A DNA stretch of 64,000 bases from Mobula hypostoma (lineage: Eukaryota). Shown here one piece after another: positions 63,207 to 64,000 of this stretch; the stretch's first letter is position 1, and each line of letters opens with the position of its first letter. The position numbers were made by a program, and so were the translations under genes. Under the pieces are notes generated by a model. The model saw only the letters and a program-made list of their open reading frames with translations. It did no database searches and was not told the origin of the DNA. The stretch covers positions 81,284,001 to 81,348,000 of the forward strand of contig NC_086097.1 in assembly GCF_963921235.1 (NCBI RefSeq). Reading direction: 5' to 3'.

Positions 63207-64000
63207 TGTTACGTACCCCGTAACTGGGTTGCCAAACCAGCAGAAATGGATCACTCAGTTGGAGTCTGGATTACTAGAACTAAGAAAGTTTTATTAAAGA
63301 AACAAGCAACACCGTAATCGAAAGGATAATAAATGCAACAGTTCAGCAATGATAAACATACATGTGCACAGAATTAAGATAACAGCATCAATCAAGCTCT
63401 ATCGTTGTCTAGGGGTAAATGACCAATTTCAAAGTGACACAAAGTTCAGTCCAATTTAGTTCAGTTCGCAGTAATCGTTGCCATGGCGATGGACAACGTG
63501 GGGGGAGGGAGAGAGAGAACAGGAACGACTGATCATTCAGAACGGCTTCCACTCACAGACCGGCGATATTGCTCACAAGCAGCTTTTGGGCGGGTCCTTT
63601 GTGATGTCACCTGAGGTCACCGACTGTGACCCCTCCTCCAGATGCGGTCGATCCTCTGCAGTGAACCCGGCACCCAGGCAAGGGCGGACACACACCGGGT
63701 TCTCGCTGATCGTACCTTTCCACCCTGTGCGTTTAAGGCTGATCCCCCGATCAGCCGTCCAAGAGCTTCCCACCGACTTGTCAGAGGCGCACCGCTTCCA
63801 GGGTCTCGTTACCTCGGGTGTCATGTGTGTCCTGCCTTAGCGAACCTGTCCCTTTTTATCCCCCTGCTGGGGTATCACCTGTCCATCACTTCAAACAGTT
63901 CAGGGTTCAAAGGGGGAGCCGCTCTAGACAGCTCTCTCTCTCCCGTCCCTTCATTACACATCTCCAGATCGCCGGTCCATCACTTCGAACAGTTCAGGGT
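63207..64000 (-). mobile_element. Probable LTR (gypsy-type) running off the window
   Basis: Abruptly interrupts CR1 with tgttac..., is CpG-rich, and has minus-strand AATAAA (~63290) and TATA-like ataaaaa (~63855). Internal direct repeat ccatcacttc.aacagttcagggt. Confidence 0.55.

Noticed and set aside
1..64000. CRISPR arrays, retron/DGR-type RT systems, tRNA or rRNA genes
   Set aside because: The sequence is eukaryotic, all RT motifs belong to LINE, gypsy or Penelope elements, there is no repeat-spacer array, and tRNA-like bits are degenerate SINE heads.

Overview
This is eukaryotic, AT-rich, transposon-dense genomic DNA. The repeat mix (CR1 and Rex1/Babar LINEs, Penelope-like elements, Deu/V-type SINEs, Ty3/gypsy, hAT, pogo/Tigger, Tc1-type MITEs) resembles a cartilaginous-fish genome, probably a ray; this is inference. 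Most ORF-track entries are LINE fragments or antisense noise. Three things stand out. (1) There are three phase-checked candidate exons of a minus-strand host gene that the ORF track misses (45710-45740, 31338-31399, terminal coding exon 5385-5486). They give ...NFKEFLKFARTNCLHGGFPYLKGEGYPEIE...IIEQNGAEPRCWELFENGHPHWFACSTAGFGGF*, a protein I cannot name, so much of the window would be intron. (2) A young 2.06-kb fold-back Penelope insertion (60885-62942) has ~700-bp near-identical inverted arms, a 14-bp TSD, an intact GIY-YIG frame and a minimal hammerhead-ribozyme motif in each arm. Several 116-190-bp hairpin mini-copies with their own TSDs also occur in the window. (3) A decayed gypsy element (21419-28839) hosts nested hAT and Tigger/pogo elements, the latter with a ~190-bp internal palindrome. 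No prokaryotic systems, CRISPR arrays, rRNA or tRNA genes are supported. Boundaries of degenerate repeats are approximate, and family assignments come from recognised motifs, not database searches.
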